Below, in pieces: positions 27,089 through 36,632 of a stretch of DNA of 64,000 bases. Made by a program: the position numbers and the translations under genes. Position 1 is the first letter of the stretch. The number at the start of each line of letters is the position of its first letter. Source of the DNA: Deltaproteobacteria bacterium (GTDB lineage: Bacteria > Myxococcota > Kuafuiibacteriia > Kuafuiibacteriales > Kuafuiibacteriaceae); contig JAVJQW010000067.1 of NCBI GenBank assembly GCA_040218735.1, positions 160,001 to 224,000 on the forward strand, in the 5' to 3' direction. The notes beneath the pieces were generated by a model, which saw only the letters and a list, made by a program, of their open reading frames with translations, had not been told where the DNA came from and made no database searches.

Positions 27089-27703
27089 GTGCGGCCTGTG
27101 ATTATCTTCAGCGCGCTCCTGGCGAGCGCGTGCGCGGCGTCGCGACCGGGCGTCGCTCCGGTCGTGAAACACCAGGCGCCCCCGGCGTTCGACCGCGGCG
27201 CCGCGATCGCGAACATCGCAAGAGGCTACGTCGGGACGAGGCGGACGTTGCGGCGTGACGACTGCTCGGGGTTCGTCGAGACGGTGCTCGCGTCGGTCGG
27301 CACGGACCTGAAGTCGAGCACGCGGATGTTCTGGGAGGCCGCGGTCCGCGACGCGCGCCTCGTCGACGGACGTCCGCGCCCCGGAGACCTCGCGTTCTTC
27401 GACTTCAGCTACGACGCCAACAAGAACGGCCGCCGCGACGATCGGCTCACGCACATCGCGATCGTCACGCGGGTGTACGCCGACGGCCGAATCGAGATGA
27501 CCCACCGCGGCGGCAGCGGCGTGACGTTCCTCCGTGCGCACCTCTTCCGCCGTTCGGAGCACAGGGACGGGTCGCTCGTCCTGAACGACTTCCTCGCGCA
27601 CAAGAGCTACGCGAAGGCCCGCCCGCGCCTGACCGGCGCGCTGCTGCGCGGCTTCGCGCGCCCGCCCCCGGAGCGCTTCACGATCCACAGCCCCGTGGCC
27701 TGA
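27089..27703 (+). CDS. NlpC/P60 / CHAP-family peptidoglycan hydrolase-like lipoprotein
   Basis: LLASAC lipobox; DCSGFV; PRPGDLAFFD; LTHIAIV. GTG start at 27089 or 27098. Confidence 0.8.
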   Translation: MRPVIIFSALLASACAASRPGVAPVVKHQAPPAFDRGAAIANIARGYVGTRRTLRRDDCSGFVETVLASVGTDLKSSTRMFWEAAVRDARLVDGRPRPGDLAFFDFSYDANKNGRRDDRLTHIAIVTRVYADGRIEMTHRGGSGVTFLRAHLFRRSEHRDGSLVLNDFLAHKSYAKARPRLTGALLRGFARPPPERFTIHSPVA

Positions 27704-27953
27704 CGCGGGTGATCGCGCGCTGTGCGCCGACCTGATCCATGAGGACCACCGTCACGAACGCGACGAGCCCCACGAGCCCGACGCCTCTCGCTCCGCTCGC
27801 ACCGGCGATCATCGTCGCGAGCGCGAGGGCGTACAACACGACCAGCACGACCGCGCGCCGTGTCTGGCCGGTGTAGAAGTGCCCGCCGCCGGGGACCACG
27901 AGGCTGGCCCCTACGGCGATCAGACGGCGGCGTTTGCGATACGTGTCGGGCAC
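27678..27953 (-). CDS. Small membrane protein
   Basis: SLVVPGGGHFYTGQ motif followed by two hydrophobic helices. Confidence 0.6.
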   Translation of the reverse strand: MPDTYRKRRRLIAVGASLVVPGGGHFYTGQTRRAVVLVVLYALALATMIAGASGARGVGLVGLVAFVTVVLMDQVGAQRAITRVRPRGCGS

Positions 27954-27985
27954 AGGAATCGAAGTACGTCCGCCTCGACCCGAAT

Positions 27986-29323
27986 CTACCCACCGTGCTT
28001 CTTGATCAACTTATGTAAGTACTTCCTATCCATGCGGGCCGCGCGCGCGGCGGCCGAGACGTTGCCGTCGTGGCCGTCGAGCAGCCAGTGCACGTACGCC
28101 TGCTCTCGCGCGTCGACCCAGCGCTCCTTGCTCTGCGTGAAGGACAAGGTGGGATCGAAGGACGGCGCCGGAGCCGCCGGACGCGGCGCCTCCGGTTTGG
28201 TGCGGTTCGTCGTCGCGAGCTGACCGATCTCCAGGCCCTGCCCCGGCCGCACCGCAGCCAGGAGCACGGCGCGCTCGACGACGTTCCGCAGCTCACGCAC
28301 GTTGCCCGGCCAGTCGTGCGCGGTGAGGCGGTCCACGGTTCTCCCGTCGAGCCGCGGCGCGGTGACGCCGCGCGACTCGGCGATGGCCTCGAGGAAATGC
28401 TCGGCGAGCAGCGGGATGTCCTCCGGACGATCGCGCAGCGGTGGGATCTCCAGCGTGACGACGGAGAGGCGGAAGTAGAGGTCCTCGCGGAAGGCGCCGC
28501 GCGCGACCTCGCGCTCGAGATCGCGACGTGAGGCCGCGATGACGCGGATGTCGACCGGCGTCGGACCGCCACCGCCGACGCGACGCACCTCGCGCGCGTC
28601 GAGCACGCGCAACAGCTTGGGTTGGAGATCCAGCCCCAGCTCGCCGAGCTCGTCGATGAAGACGGTGCCGCTGTTCGCGAGCTCGAAGGCGCCGAGGCGA
28701 CGGTCGTAGGCTCCGGTGAACGCGCCCTTTTCGTGACCGAACAGCTCCGACTCCACGAGCTGGCGCTGCACCGCGCCACAGTCGACCACGACGTAGGGGC
28801 CCTTCGACCGGGCCGACGCCTGCTGGAGCGCGCGGGCGACGAGCCCCTTGCCGCACCCGGTCTCGCCTTCGATCAGCACGGTCGCGTCGGTGCCTGCGAT
28901 GCGGGACATCATCCCGAACAGCCGCCGCATGGGCGCCGACCGCCCAAGCACCGGCCCGAAGCGATCGTGGGGCCACGGGGGGACGACGACGTCCTGGCGC
29001 TCCGGGACGAACGCAATCTCGACCTTGCCCGCGACGACGACCGCGCCCGCTTCGATCGGTGCGTCGGTGACCCGCGCGCCCGCGACGAACGTCCCGTTGG
29101 TCGATCCGAGATCGACGAGACGCCAGCGGTCCTCGCTCTCGCGCGTGATGCGGAAGTGGCGCCGAGACACGCTCGGATCCTCCAGCACGAGATCACAGTC
29201 GGGCATCTTCCCGACGGTGACGACGTCGCGATCCACGACGCAGCCCTTGCCTGCGTCGGGACCGTTCTTGACGGTGAGTCGCAGCGAAAATAGGGCCGCG
29301 CCGCGATCACTTCCCGAGGCCAC
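27986..29323 (-). CDS. FHA-domain sigma-54-dependent transcriptional activator (bEBP)
   Basis: FHA ([13 protein letters not shown]). AAA+ motifs [40 protein letters not shown]-terminal Fis HTH. Confidence 0.95.
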   Translation of the reverse strand: MASGSDRGAALFSLRLTVKNGPDAGKGCVVDRDVVTVGKMPDCDLVLEDPSVSRRHFRITRESEDRWRLVDLGSTNGTFVAGARVTDAPIEAGAVVVAGKVEIAFVPERQDVVVPPWPHDRFGPVLGRSAPMRRLFGMMSRIAGTDATVLIEGETGCGKGLVARALQQASARSKGPYVVVDCGAVQRQLVESELFGHEKGAFTGAYDRRLGAFELANSGTVFIDELGELGLDLQPKLLRVLDAREVRRVGGGGPTPVDIRVIAASRRDLEREVARGAFREDLYFRLSVVTLEIPPLRDRPEDIPLLAEHFLEAIAESRGVTAPRLDGRTVDRLTAHDWPGNVRELRNVVERAVLLAAVRPGQGLEIGQLATTNRTKPEAPRPAAPAPSFDPTLSFTQSKERWVDAREQAYVHWLLDGHDGNVSAAARAARMDRKYLHKLIKKHGG

Positions 29324-29440
29324 GTGCGGCGGAGCCTAACAAAAAGCCGCCGCAAAGTACGCGACGCCGGGGCCGGCCGAGAAACGGTTTGACTTCGCGC
29401 GCACGGGGATTTGAAACGGCGCCGCGGAGGACAGTCCCTC

Positions 29441-30376
29441 ATGGCAATCATCGAAGTCGAAAATCTAACCAAGAACTACGGAAATGTACGGGCGCTCAAC
29501 GGGGTGTCGTTCGCCGTGGAGCGCGGAGAGATCATCGGTCTCCTCGGCCCCAACGGCGCGGGTAAGACCACGACCATCAAGATCCTCGCTGGGTACCTCC
29601 AACCCTCGGAGGGGACGGCGATGGTCGCCGGCCACGACGTCGTCGAGGCCCCCCTCGCGGTCCAGGCGAGCCTGGGTTACCTGCCGGAGAACGCACCGCT
29701 GTACCTGGACATGGCCGTCCAGGAGTACCTGCTCATGATGGCGGAGCTTCGGGAGATTCCCGCCGACAAGCAGCGCGGGCTCCTCTCCCAGGCCATCTAC
29801 GCGGCCGGGATCGACGGGGTGCTCACGCGGACGATCGGGACGTTGTCGAAGGGCTACCGGCAGCGCGTGGGGCTCGCCCAGGCGATCCTCCATCAGCCGG
29901 AGATCCTGATCCTCGACGAGCCGACCAACGGCCTCGACCCGAACCAGATCGTCGGGATGCGCGCGTTGATCAAACGCCTCGCCGAGACCGCGACGGTCAT
30001 CGTGTCGACGCACATCCTGTCGGAGGTCGAGGCGACCTGCGACCGGGCGATCATCATCATGGAGGGCGAGCTGCGCGCGAACGCGAAGCTCGACGAGCTC
30101 ACGCACACCTCCGGCGCGGTGGTCGCGGTGGAGTCCTCGGTGTCGGACGTCGAGTCGACGCTCACCGGGACGAACGGCATCCAATCCGTGAAGAAGCTGC
30201 CGAACGCCAACGGCTTCGCGCATTACCGCGTCACCGGCGACAAAGACCTGAAGTTGTGCCCGCTGATCTTCGACGTCGCGCGCGAGAAGAACTGGCGCCT
30301 GGCGGAGCTGCGGCCCGATACACGGACGCTCGAAGCGGTGTTCCGTGAGCTGGGGCAGAAGGGAGCCAACCGATGA
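29441..30376 (+). CDS. ABC transporter ATP-binding protein, GldA-like
   Basis: GPNGAGKTT, LSKGYRQRVGLAQA, ILDEPTNGLDP, STHILSEV. Confidence 0.92.
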   Translation: MAIIEVENLTKNYGNVRALNGVSFAVERGEIIGLLGPNGAGKTTTIKILAGYLQPSEGTAMVAGHDVVEAPLAVQASLGYLPENAPLYLDMAVQEYLLMMAELREIPADKQRGLLSQAIYAAGIDGVLTRTIGTLSKGYRQRVGLAQAILHQPEILILDEPTNGLDPNQIVGMRALIKRLAETATVIVSTHILSEVEATCDRAIIIMEGELRANAKLDELTHTSGAVVAVESSVSDVESTLTGTNGIQSVKKLPNANGFAHYRVTGDKDLKLCPLIFDVAREKNWRLAELRPDTRTLEAVFRELGQKGANR

Positions 30377-33255
30377 GCCACATCCTATCCATCGCGAAGA
30401 AGGAGCTACGCGGGTACTTCCTGTCGCCCGTCGCGCTGATCTTCCTCGGCCTGTTCCTGCTGACGACGCTCGGTCGCCTCTTCAACGGCGGCTTCTTCGC
30501 GCGGGGCATCGCGGACATCCGGCCGCTCTTCGAGCTGCTGCCGGTGTCGCTGATCTACCTGTGCTCGGCGCTGACGATGCGCCTGTGGAGCGAAGAGGAG
30601 AAGCTCGGCACGCTGGAGGTGCTTCTGACGATGCCGGTCGAGAAACACCGGCTGGTGCTCGGCAAGTTCCTCGCGGCGATCGCGCTGACGGCGATCGCGC
30701 TGGTGCTGACGTTCTCGGTGCCGGTGACGGTGGCGATGCTCGGGCCGCTCGACTGGGGTCCGGTGATCGGAGGCTACGTCGGCGCGGTGCTGATGGCGGG
30801 GGCGTACCTGGCCATCGGGATGTTCTTCTCGTCGATCACGTCGAACCAGATCGTCGCGCTCACGGTGAGCACGTTCGTCTGCTCGATGCTATTCATCGTG
30901 GGTGAGCCGATCGTCGTCGACAACGTCGGCAACAACACGGCGGAGATCCTCACGGCGGTCGGTACGGGGTCGCGGTTCCGCAGCATCCTGCGCGGCGTCC
31001 TCGATATCCGTGACCTCGTCTACTACGTCGGGATCGTCGTCGTGTTCCTCGGCCTGAACACGCTGCTCCTCCGCGCGAAGGGCTGGAGCGAGGGGGCGCG
31101 CACGGCGTCGCGTCGCCACAACGCGATCGCGACGGTGCTGCTCCTGGTGCTCAACGTCCTCGCGATCAACGTGGTGCTCTCGAACGCCACGGGCATCCGC
31201 GTCGACATGACGGAGCGCGGTGAGTACAGCATCTCGAAGGTGACCAAGGACCTCGTCCGGTCGCTCGACGAGCCGCTCCTCATCCGCGGGTACTTCTCCG
31301 AGAAGACCCACCCGCTGCTCGCGCCGATGGTGCCGCGTATCCGCGACATGATCGAAGAGTACGGCGAGATCTCCGGCGGCAAGGTCGTCACGGAGTACGT
31401 CGACCCGCGCGAGGACGTGGAGATGGAGAAGGAGGCGAACCAGCTGTACGGGATCAAGAGCTTCCCGTTCCAGGTCGCGGACCGGCTCGACACGTCGGTC
31501 GTGAACTCCTACTTCAGCATCCTCATCAAGTACGGCGACCAGTTCCAGGTGCTGACGTTCCAGGATCTCATCGAGGTCTCCGGGCGCGACCCGCGGAACA
31601 TCGAGGTGAAGCTGCGCAACCTCGAGTACGACCTCACACGCGCCATCAAGAAGGTCGCGTACGGGTTCCAGACGCTCGAGGCCGTGCTCGCGGAGCTCGC
31701 CAAACCCGCGAAGCTGTCGATGTACGTCACCGCGGCGTCGCTCCCCGAGAACTTCCAGGAGACCCCCGGCAAGATCGAAGGGGTCCTGAAGAAGATGTCG
31801 ACCGAGGCGAACGGGAAGTTCGAGTACGTGAAGGTCGATCCGGACGCGCCGGGGTCGGCGGTCACCCGCGACGACCTCGCGAAGCTCGGCCTGCGGCCCT
31901 ACGCGACGCTCTTCTCGCAGACCTCGTTCTACCTGCACCTCGTGCTCGACGTGGACGGGAAGCTCGAGCTCATCCCGTTGCCGGAGCCGTTCTCCGCGGC
32001 GGACTTCGAAAAGGACGTGAAGGCGGCGCTCGAGCGGTCGACGCCCGGGTTCCTCAAGACGGTCGGCTTGTCGAAGCCGAAGTCGGACGTGCCGGATAAC
32101 CTGCCGCCGCAGCTTCGCGCGCAGATGCCGCCGCCGCCGCCGGACCTCACGCGGGCGGTCACCAAGCAGCTCTCGGAGACGTACACGGTCGAGACCGCGG
32201 ACCTGACGACCGGCAAGGTCGACGGCGCGGTCGACGTCCTCGTCGTGTTCGCGCCGAAGGACTACGACGAAAAGCAGCGCTTCGCGATCGACCAGCAGCT
32301 CATGAAGGGCGGCACGGTGATCGTGGTGGGCGGCAAGTTCGAGCTCGACACACACGGTGGGCAGAGCGTGAAGATCAACAAGATCACCACCGGCCTCGAA
32401 GAGCAGCTCGCGAGCTACGGCGTGGAGCTCGGCGACGTCATGGTGATGGACCCGCAGAACGAGCCGTTTGCGATGCCGGTCGAGCGTGACCTCGGCGGGA
32501 TGCGCGTGCGCGAGATCCAGTACCTGCCCTACCCGTTCTTCCCGAACGTGCGCTCCGACGGCATGGCGGACGACACGCCGGTCGTCGGTGGCCTCCCCGG
32601 CGTGACGGTGCCGTGGGCTACGGCGCTGACGGTGAACGTGCCGGAGGCGAAGGAAGGTGAAGGCCCGTCGCGCGAGGCGACGGTGTTGCTGCAGTCCTCG
32701 CCGGACGCGTGGACGACGTCGGACACCAACGTGCAGCCGGACTTCAAGACGTACCCCGAGGCGGGCTTCGCGGGTGCGCCGGGTGAGACGAAGCGTCACG
32801 CCCTCGGTGTGCTGGTGACCGGTTCGTTCGAAAGCTTCTTCAAGGGCAAGAAGGACCCGACGGGCGGCGGCGCCGTGCTCGAGCAGTCGCCGGCGTCGGC
32901 GCGGTTGGTGGTGATCGGCTCGTCGGCGTTTGCGAACGACGTGGCGATGAGCCTGTCGCGTCAGGCGGCTTCGAACCTGGAGCTGGTGCAGAACCTCGTG
33001 GACTGGGGTGTGGAGGACGTCGACCTGCTGTCGATTCGTTCGCGCGGGACGTTCGCGCGCACGCTCGCGCCGATCGACAAGGACACCCGGCTCACCTACG
33101 AGCTCGCGAACTACGGCGTCGCGACGGCGCTGCTGGCGCTGATCGTCGTGCTCGCCTACGGCCGGCGGCGGCGACTCACGCCGATCGACCTCGACACGAG
33201 CGCCAAGGACAAGGTCGCGTTCGCGGCCGCGGACAAGAGCGCGGTGGAGGCCTAG
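30373..33255 (+). CDS. Fused ABC-2 permease (GldF-like) and GldG-family auxiliary component
   Basis: KELRGYFLSP, LTMRLWSEE..GTLEVLLT, VLGKF. Then RVDMTERGEYSIS, EYDLTRAIKKV, AIDQQLMKGG, LLSIRSR and a C-terminal TM. Confidence 0.88.
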   Translation: MSHILSIAKKELRGYFLSPVALIFLGLFLLTTLGRLFNGGFFARGIADIRPLFELLPVSLIYLCSALTMRLWSEEEKLGTLEVLLTMPVEKHRLVLGKFLAAIALTAIALVLTFSVPVTVAMLGPLDWGPVIGGYVGAVLMAGAYLAIGMFFSSITSNQIVALTVSTFVCSMLFIVGEPIVVDNVGNNTAEILTAVGTGSRFRSILRGVLDIRDLVYYVGIVVVFLGLNTLLLRAKGWSEGARTASRRHNAIATVLLLVLNVLAINVVLSNATGIRVDMTERGEYSISKVTKDLVRSLDEPLLIRGYFSEKTHPLLAPMVPRIRDMIEEYGEISGGKVVTEYVDPREDVEMEKEANQLYGIKSFPFQVADRLDTSVVNSYFSILIKYGDQFQVLTFQDLIEVSGRDPRNIEVKLRNLEYDLTRAIKKVAYGFQTLEAVLAELAKPAKLSMYVTAASLPENFQETPGKIEGVLKKMSTEANGKFEYVKVDPDAPGSAVTRDDLAKLGLRPYATLFSQTSFYLHLVLDVDGKLELIPLPEPFSAADFEKDVKAALERSTPGFLKTVGLSKPKSDVPDNLPPQLRAQMPPPPPDLTRAVTKQLSETYTVETADLTTGKVDGAVDVLVVFAPKDYDEKQRFAIDQQLMKGGTVIVVGGKFELDTHGGQSVKINKITTGLEEQLASYGVELGDVMVMDPQNEPFAMPVERDLGGMRVREIQYLPYPFFPNVRSDGMADDTPVVGGLPGVTVPWATALTVNVPEAKEGEGPSREATVLLQSSPDAWTTSDTNVQPDFKTYPEAGFAGAPGETKRHALGVLVTGSFESFFKGKKDPTGGGAVLEQSPASARLVVIGSSAFANDVAMSLSRQAASNLELVQNLVDWGVEDVDLLSIRSRGTFARTLAPIDKDTRLTYELANYGVATALLALIVVLAYGRRRRLTPIDLDTSAKDKVAFAAADKSAVEA

Positions 33256-33257
33256 TC

Positions 33258-34244
33258 ATGACGAAGACGAACAAGATCCTCATCGCGGTGTTGGTGCTGC
33301 AGGTCGTCCTCATCATGGGGATGCGGTTCGGGGGTGAGTCGAACCTCGACTACACCGCCACGCGGGTCCTCCCGACCCTCGAGGCGGACGACGTCACGAG
33401 CCTCCAGATCGATGGTCCGCCGAAGACGGGTGACGGCCCTCCGCAGAACTCGGTGACGCTGACCAAGAAGAACGGCGCCTGGGGCGTGGCGAGCGCCGAC
33501 GACTTCCCGGTGGAGGCGACGAAGGTGAAGGAGCTGCTCGAGAAGCTCGAGAGCCTCACCTCGCGGACGCGGGTGCTCGACAGCGGCACCTACCACGAGA
33601 AGTTGGAGGTCGCGCCGGACAAGTTCCAGCGGAAGGTGACGCTCGACGCGAAGGGTACGAAGACCGTGCTCTACGTCGGCTCGTCGGCGAGCTTCAAGAA
33701 CGTGCACGTGCGCGTCGACGGGCAGGACGCCGTGTACCTCGTGAACGACTTCGCGACGACCGACGTCGGGGACCGCGCGTGGAACTGGGTCGACCGCGAC
33801 TACGTGAAGCTCGACAAGGCGAACGTGTGGCGCGTCGACGTGAAGAACGCGAAGGGCACGCTGACGCTGGAGAAGAACCCCGTCGACAACCTGTGGGCGG
33901 CGCTCGGGGTCACCGAGCCGCTCGACAAGACCAAGGTCGACGACCTCGTGCGGAAGGCGACTCAGATCGACATGGAGGCGCCGGTCTCGAAGGCCGCGAA
34001 GCCGGAGTTCGGGCTCGATTCGCCGCTCGCGACGGTGACGATGGTCACCGGGACGTCCACGATCGCCGGGACGCCGCCGCCGAAGACCGACTTCGTGACC
34101 GTGAAGGTCGGCAAGAAGATCGAGGCGGAGAGCGCCTACTACGTGAAGGCATCGACGTCCGAGTACGTGGTGAAGGTGCAGGCGTTCGGCGTCGAACCGC
34201 TCGTGAACCACACCAAGGACGACCTTCTGAAGAAGGAAGAGTAG
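33258..34244 (+). CDS. DUF4340-like membrane-anchored protein
   Basis: N-terminal anchor; two repeated units (LTKKNGAW…, EFGLDSP). Typical third gene of Gld-like ABC modules. Confidence 0.75.
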   Translation: MTKTNKILIAVLVLQVVLIMGMRFGGESNLDYTATRVLPTLEADDVTSLQIDGPPKTGDGPPQNSVTLTKKNGAWGVASADDFPVEATKVKELLEKLESLTSRTRVLDSGTYHEKLEVAPDKFQRKVTLDAKGTKTVLYVGSSASFKNVHVRVDGQDAVYLVNDFATTDVGDRAWNWVDRDYVKLDKANVWRVDVKNAKGTLTLEKNPVDNLWAALGVTEPLDKTKVDDLVRKATQIDMEAPVSKAAKPEFGLDSPLATVTMVTGTSTIAGTPPPKTDFVTVKVGKKIEAESAYYVKASTSEYVVKVQAFGVEPLVNHTKDDLLKKEE

Positions 34245-34254
34245 AATCGAGGGC

Positions 34255-35865
34255 GTGCTCCGTACGCCCTTCGTCCTCGCCGCCCTGCTGATCCCCGCGC
34301 AGGCCGCGGCGGTCGACTACGACGTCAACCCATCCAACTACCGCGACCGCCTCGGGCAGCTCGGCCCCGGCGACACCTTGCGCCTCGCGGCGGGCGACTA
34401 CCCCGGGCTGCCGATCAACGGCCTCGAAGGCGCGGCCGGGATGCCGATCGTCATCACCGGACCGGACACCGGCGCGCCGGCGGTGATCACCGGCGACCCG
34501 AACCGCAACACGGTGAGCATCCGCGACGCCGCGTACGTGACGCTGCGGAACTTCGAGATCGACAACGGCGGTCTCTTCGTCGACGGCGTGAAGGCCGAAG
34601 GTGACGCGTCGTTCGCGCACCACATCACGGTCGAGGGGTTGTACATCCACAACTTCGGCCCGAACCAACAGCTGGTCGGCATCAACACGAAGTGCCCGAC
34701 CTGGGACTGGGTCATCCGCGGGAACCTGATCGAGGGCGCGGGGACGGGCCTGTACCTCGGGAACTCGAACGGCGAGGAGCCGTTCGTGCGCGGGGTCGTC
34801 GAGTACAACGTGGTCGTGAACCCGATCGGCTACGACATGCAGATCAAACATCAGAACCCGCGCCCCACCCTCCAGGGCATGCCGACGGGCGACAGCGTGA
34901 CGATCATTCGCCACAACGTGTTCATGAAGTACGCGAACGCTTCGATGGGCGGCGACGCGCGACCGAACCTGCTCGTCGGGCACTGGCCGCTGTCGGGCGT
35001 GGGTGTGAACGACCGCTACGAGATCTACGGCAACTTCTTCTACGAGAACGCGAGCGGGTCGGAGGGGCTGTTCCAGGGCGAAGGCAACATCGCGTTCTAC
35101 GACAACGTCCTCGTGAACACGTTCGGTCACGGGGCGAGCTTCCAGGCGCAAAACGACGTGCCCAAGGCGATCGACGTCTTCTCCAACACCGTGGTCGTCG
35201 CGGGCACCGGCGTCGGGATCTTCGGCGCGGACGGGAGCTTCACGCAGACGGTGATGGGCAACGCGGTGTTCGGGAGCCAAGCATTCAACGGCGGCGGGCA
35301 GCGCACCGCCAACGTCACGGGCTCGGTCGGCGAAGCGGCCGGGATGCTCGTCGCGCCCAACGGCGCGCTCGGGACGCTGAACGTGTTCCCGAGCGGCGCA
35401 GGGCTGCGAACGTCGGGCATCGACCTGTCGCGCTTCTCCGCGATGACCGACTACGACCGCGACTTCGACGGACGCCCCCGCGACAGCTCGCAGGCCGGCG
35501 CGTACGGCACGGCGGGGAGCGCCGCCGGGTGGATGCTCGCCGAAGCGATCAAGCAGCTCGATCCAAACGTCATGCCCCCGCGCGACGGCGGCGTGGTGCC
35601 CATCGACGCCGGTTTCGACGACGCCGGCACCCCGATCGACGCGGGCTTCAGAGACGGCGGCCCCCCGCGCGACGCGGGACCGGTGGATCCGAACCGCGAC
35701 AGTGGGGTCCGCGACGGTGGCGAGGCGCCCGACGCGGCGCCCGTCGTCGGTACGCGCGGCACCAGCGGCGGGTGCGGGTGCTCCGCGGAGCGCGGTGGAT
35801 CCGGAGGCCTCGGGCTCGGCGTGTTCGCGCTCTTGGCGCTCCTTCGACGACGACGGGACCGTTGA
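34255..35865 (+). CDS. Right-handed parallel beta-helix protein with MYXO-CTERM
   Basis: LGPGDTLRLAAGDY and N/G-rich beta-helix repeats. DAG/RDGG linker. C-terminal GGCGCS…LALLRRRR. Confidence 0.8.
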   Translation: MLRTPFVLAALLIPAQAAAVDYDVNPSNYRDRLGQLGPGDTLRLAAGDYPGLPINGLEGAAGMPIVITGPDTGAPAVITGDPNRNTVSIRDAAYVTLRNFEIDNGGLFVDGVKAEGDASFAHHITVEGLYIHNFGPNQQLVGINTKCPTWDWVIRGNLIEGAGTGLYLGNSNGEEPFVRGVVEYNVVVNPIGYDMQIKHQNPRPTLQGMPTGDSVTIIRHNVFMKYANASMGGDARPNLLVGHWPLSGVGVNDRYEIYGNFFYENASGSEGLFQGEGNIAFYDNVLVNTFGHGASFQAQNDVPKAIDVFSNTVVVAGTGVGIFGADGSFTQTVMGNAVFGSQAFNGGGQRTANVTGSVGEAAGMLVAPNGALGTLNVFPSGAGLRTSGIDLSRFSAMTDYDRDFDGRPRDSSQAGAYGTAGSAAGWMLAEAIKQLDPNVMPPRDGGVVPIDAGFDDAGTPIDAGFRDGGPPRDAGPVDPNRDSGVRDGGEAPDAAPVVGTRGTSGGCGCSAERGGSGGLGLGVFALLALLRRRRDR

Positions 35866-36632
35866 TGACCGCTTCCACCGGTCTCTTCGTCTTCCTGGCG
35901 GTCGCAGGCCTCGTCCGCGACGGCGGCCCCGAGAACTGCCCGCGCTTCGACGCGCGCAACCTCGTGCTCCTCCCGCCCGCCGACGCCCGCGCGATCCCGC
36001 TCAATGCTTCGATCTGGGTCCTCGAGAACCCATCGCGATCGGGCCTACCGGTCCGGCTCGCCGACGAGACCTCGAGCGTCGCCGTCGACCTCGACGTGAC
36101 GACCCACGCGACGCTCCTCGGGACGGTCCTTCAGCTCACGCCCACGCAGGAGCTCGAACCCGAGCACGACTACCGCATCGACAACAACGGGGAGCGGCAG
36201 TGGTTCGTCGCCGGCGATCGCCGCGACACGACGCCGCCCACACCACCGACGAACATCCGCTACGCGTTCGGCTACCGCCCCTGCGAGGGGCCCGGCACGG
36301 TCGTGACGTTCGACCCGTCGGAGTCGAATTCGATCACCTTCTCCGAGTACCCCGATGGTGTGCGGCCGAGCTTCGGGGAGCGCAGCACCCCCCTCCTCGT
36401 CCCGAGGTACCCCGAGGAGAACTTCGAGTTCACACTCGTGACCTACGACATCGTGGGACAGCGGAGCGCGTCGTCCGAGGTGATTCGCACCGAGCAGGTC
36501 GTCGTGCCGATGCCGTCCGACGGCTGCACCTGCACGGCCAGCCGCGACGAAACCAACGCGCCCGCGTGGCTCCTCGTGGTCTTGGTGATCACGGCCCTGC
36601 GTAGGACCAGCCGTCGCCCTCGACGTCGATGA
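35865..36632 (+). CDS. Secreted protein with MYXO-CTERM-like tail
   Basis: ATG overlaps the previous TGA. DTTPPTPP motif; C-terminal DGCTCT…AWLLVVLVITALRR. Confidence 0.7.
   Translation: MTASTGLFVFLAVAGLVRDGGPENCPRFDARNLVLLPPADARAIPLNASIWVLENPSRSGLPVRLADETSSVAVDLDVTTHATLLGTVLQLTPTQELEPEHDYRIDNNGERQWFVAGDRRDTTPPTPPTNIRYAFGYRPCEGPGTVVTFDPSESNSITFSEYPDGVRPSFGERSTPLLVPRYPEENFEFTLVTYDIVGQRSASSEVIRTEQVVVPMPSDGCTCTASRDETNAPAWLLVVLVITALRRTSRRPRRR

Noticed and set aside
29324-29440. Sigma-54 or sigma-70 promoter in the divergent gap
   Set aside because: Only a TTGACT-like hexamer is visible, with no convincing -10 or GG-N10-GC element, so I did not call it.
34692-35864. First 391 codons of ORF 34692..36632
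   Set aside because: Out-of-frame overlap with the beta-helix gene; the real gene starts at ATG 35865.
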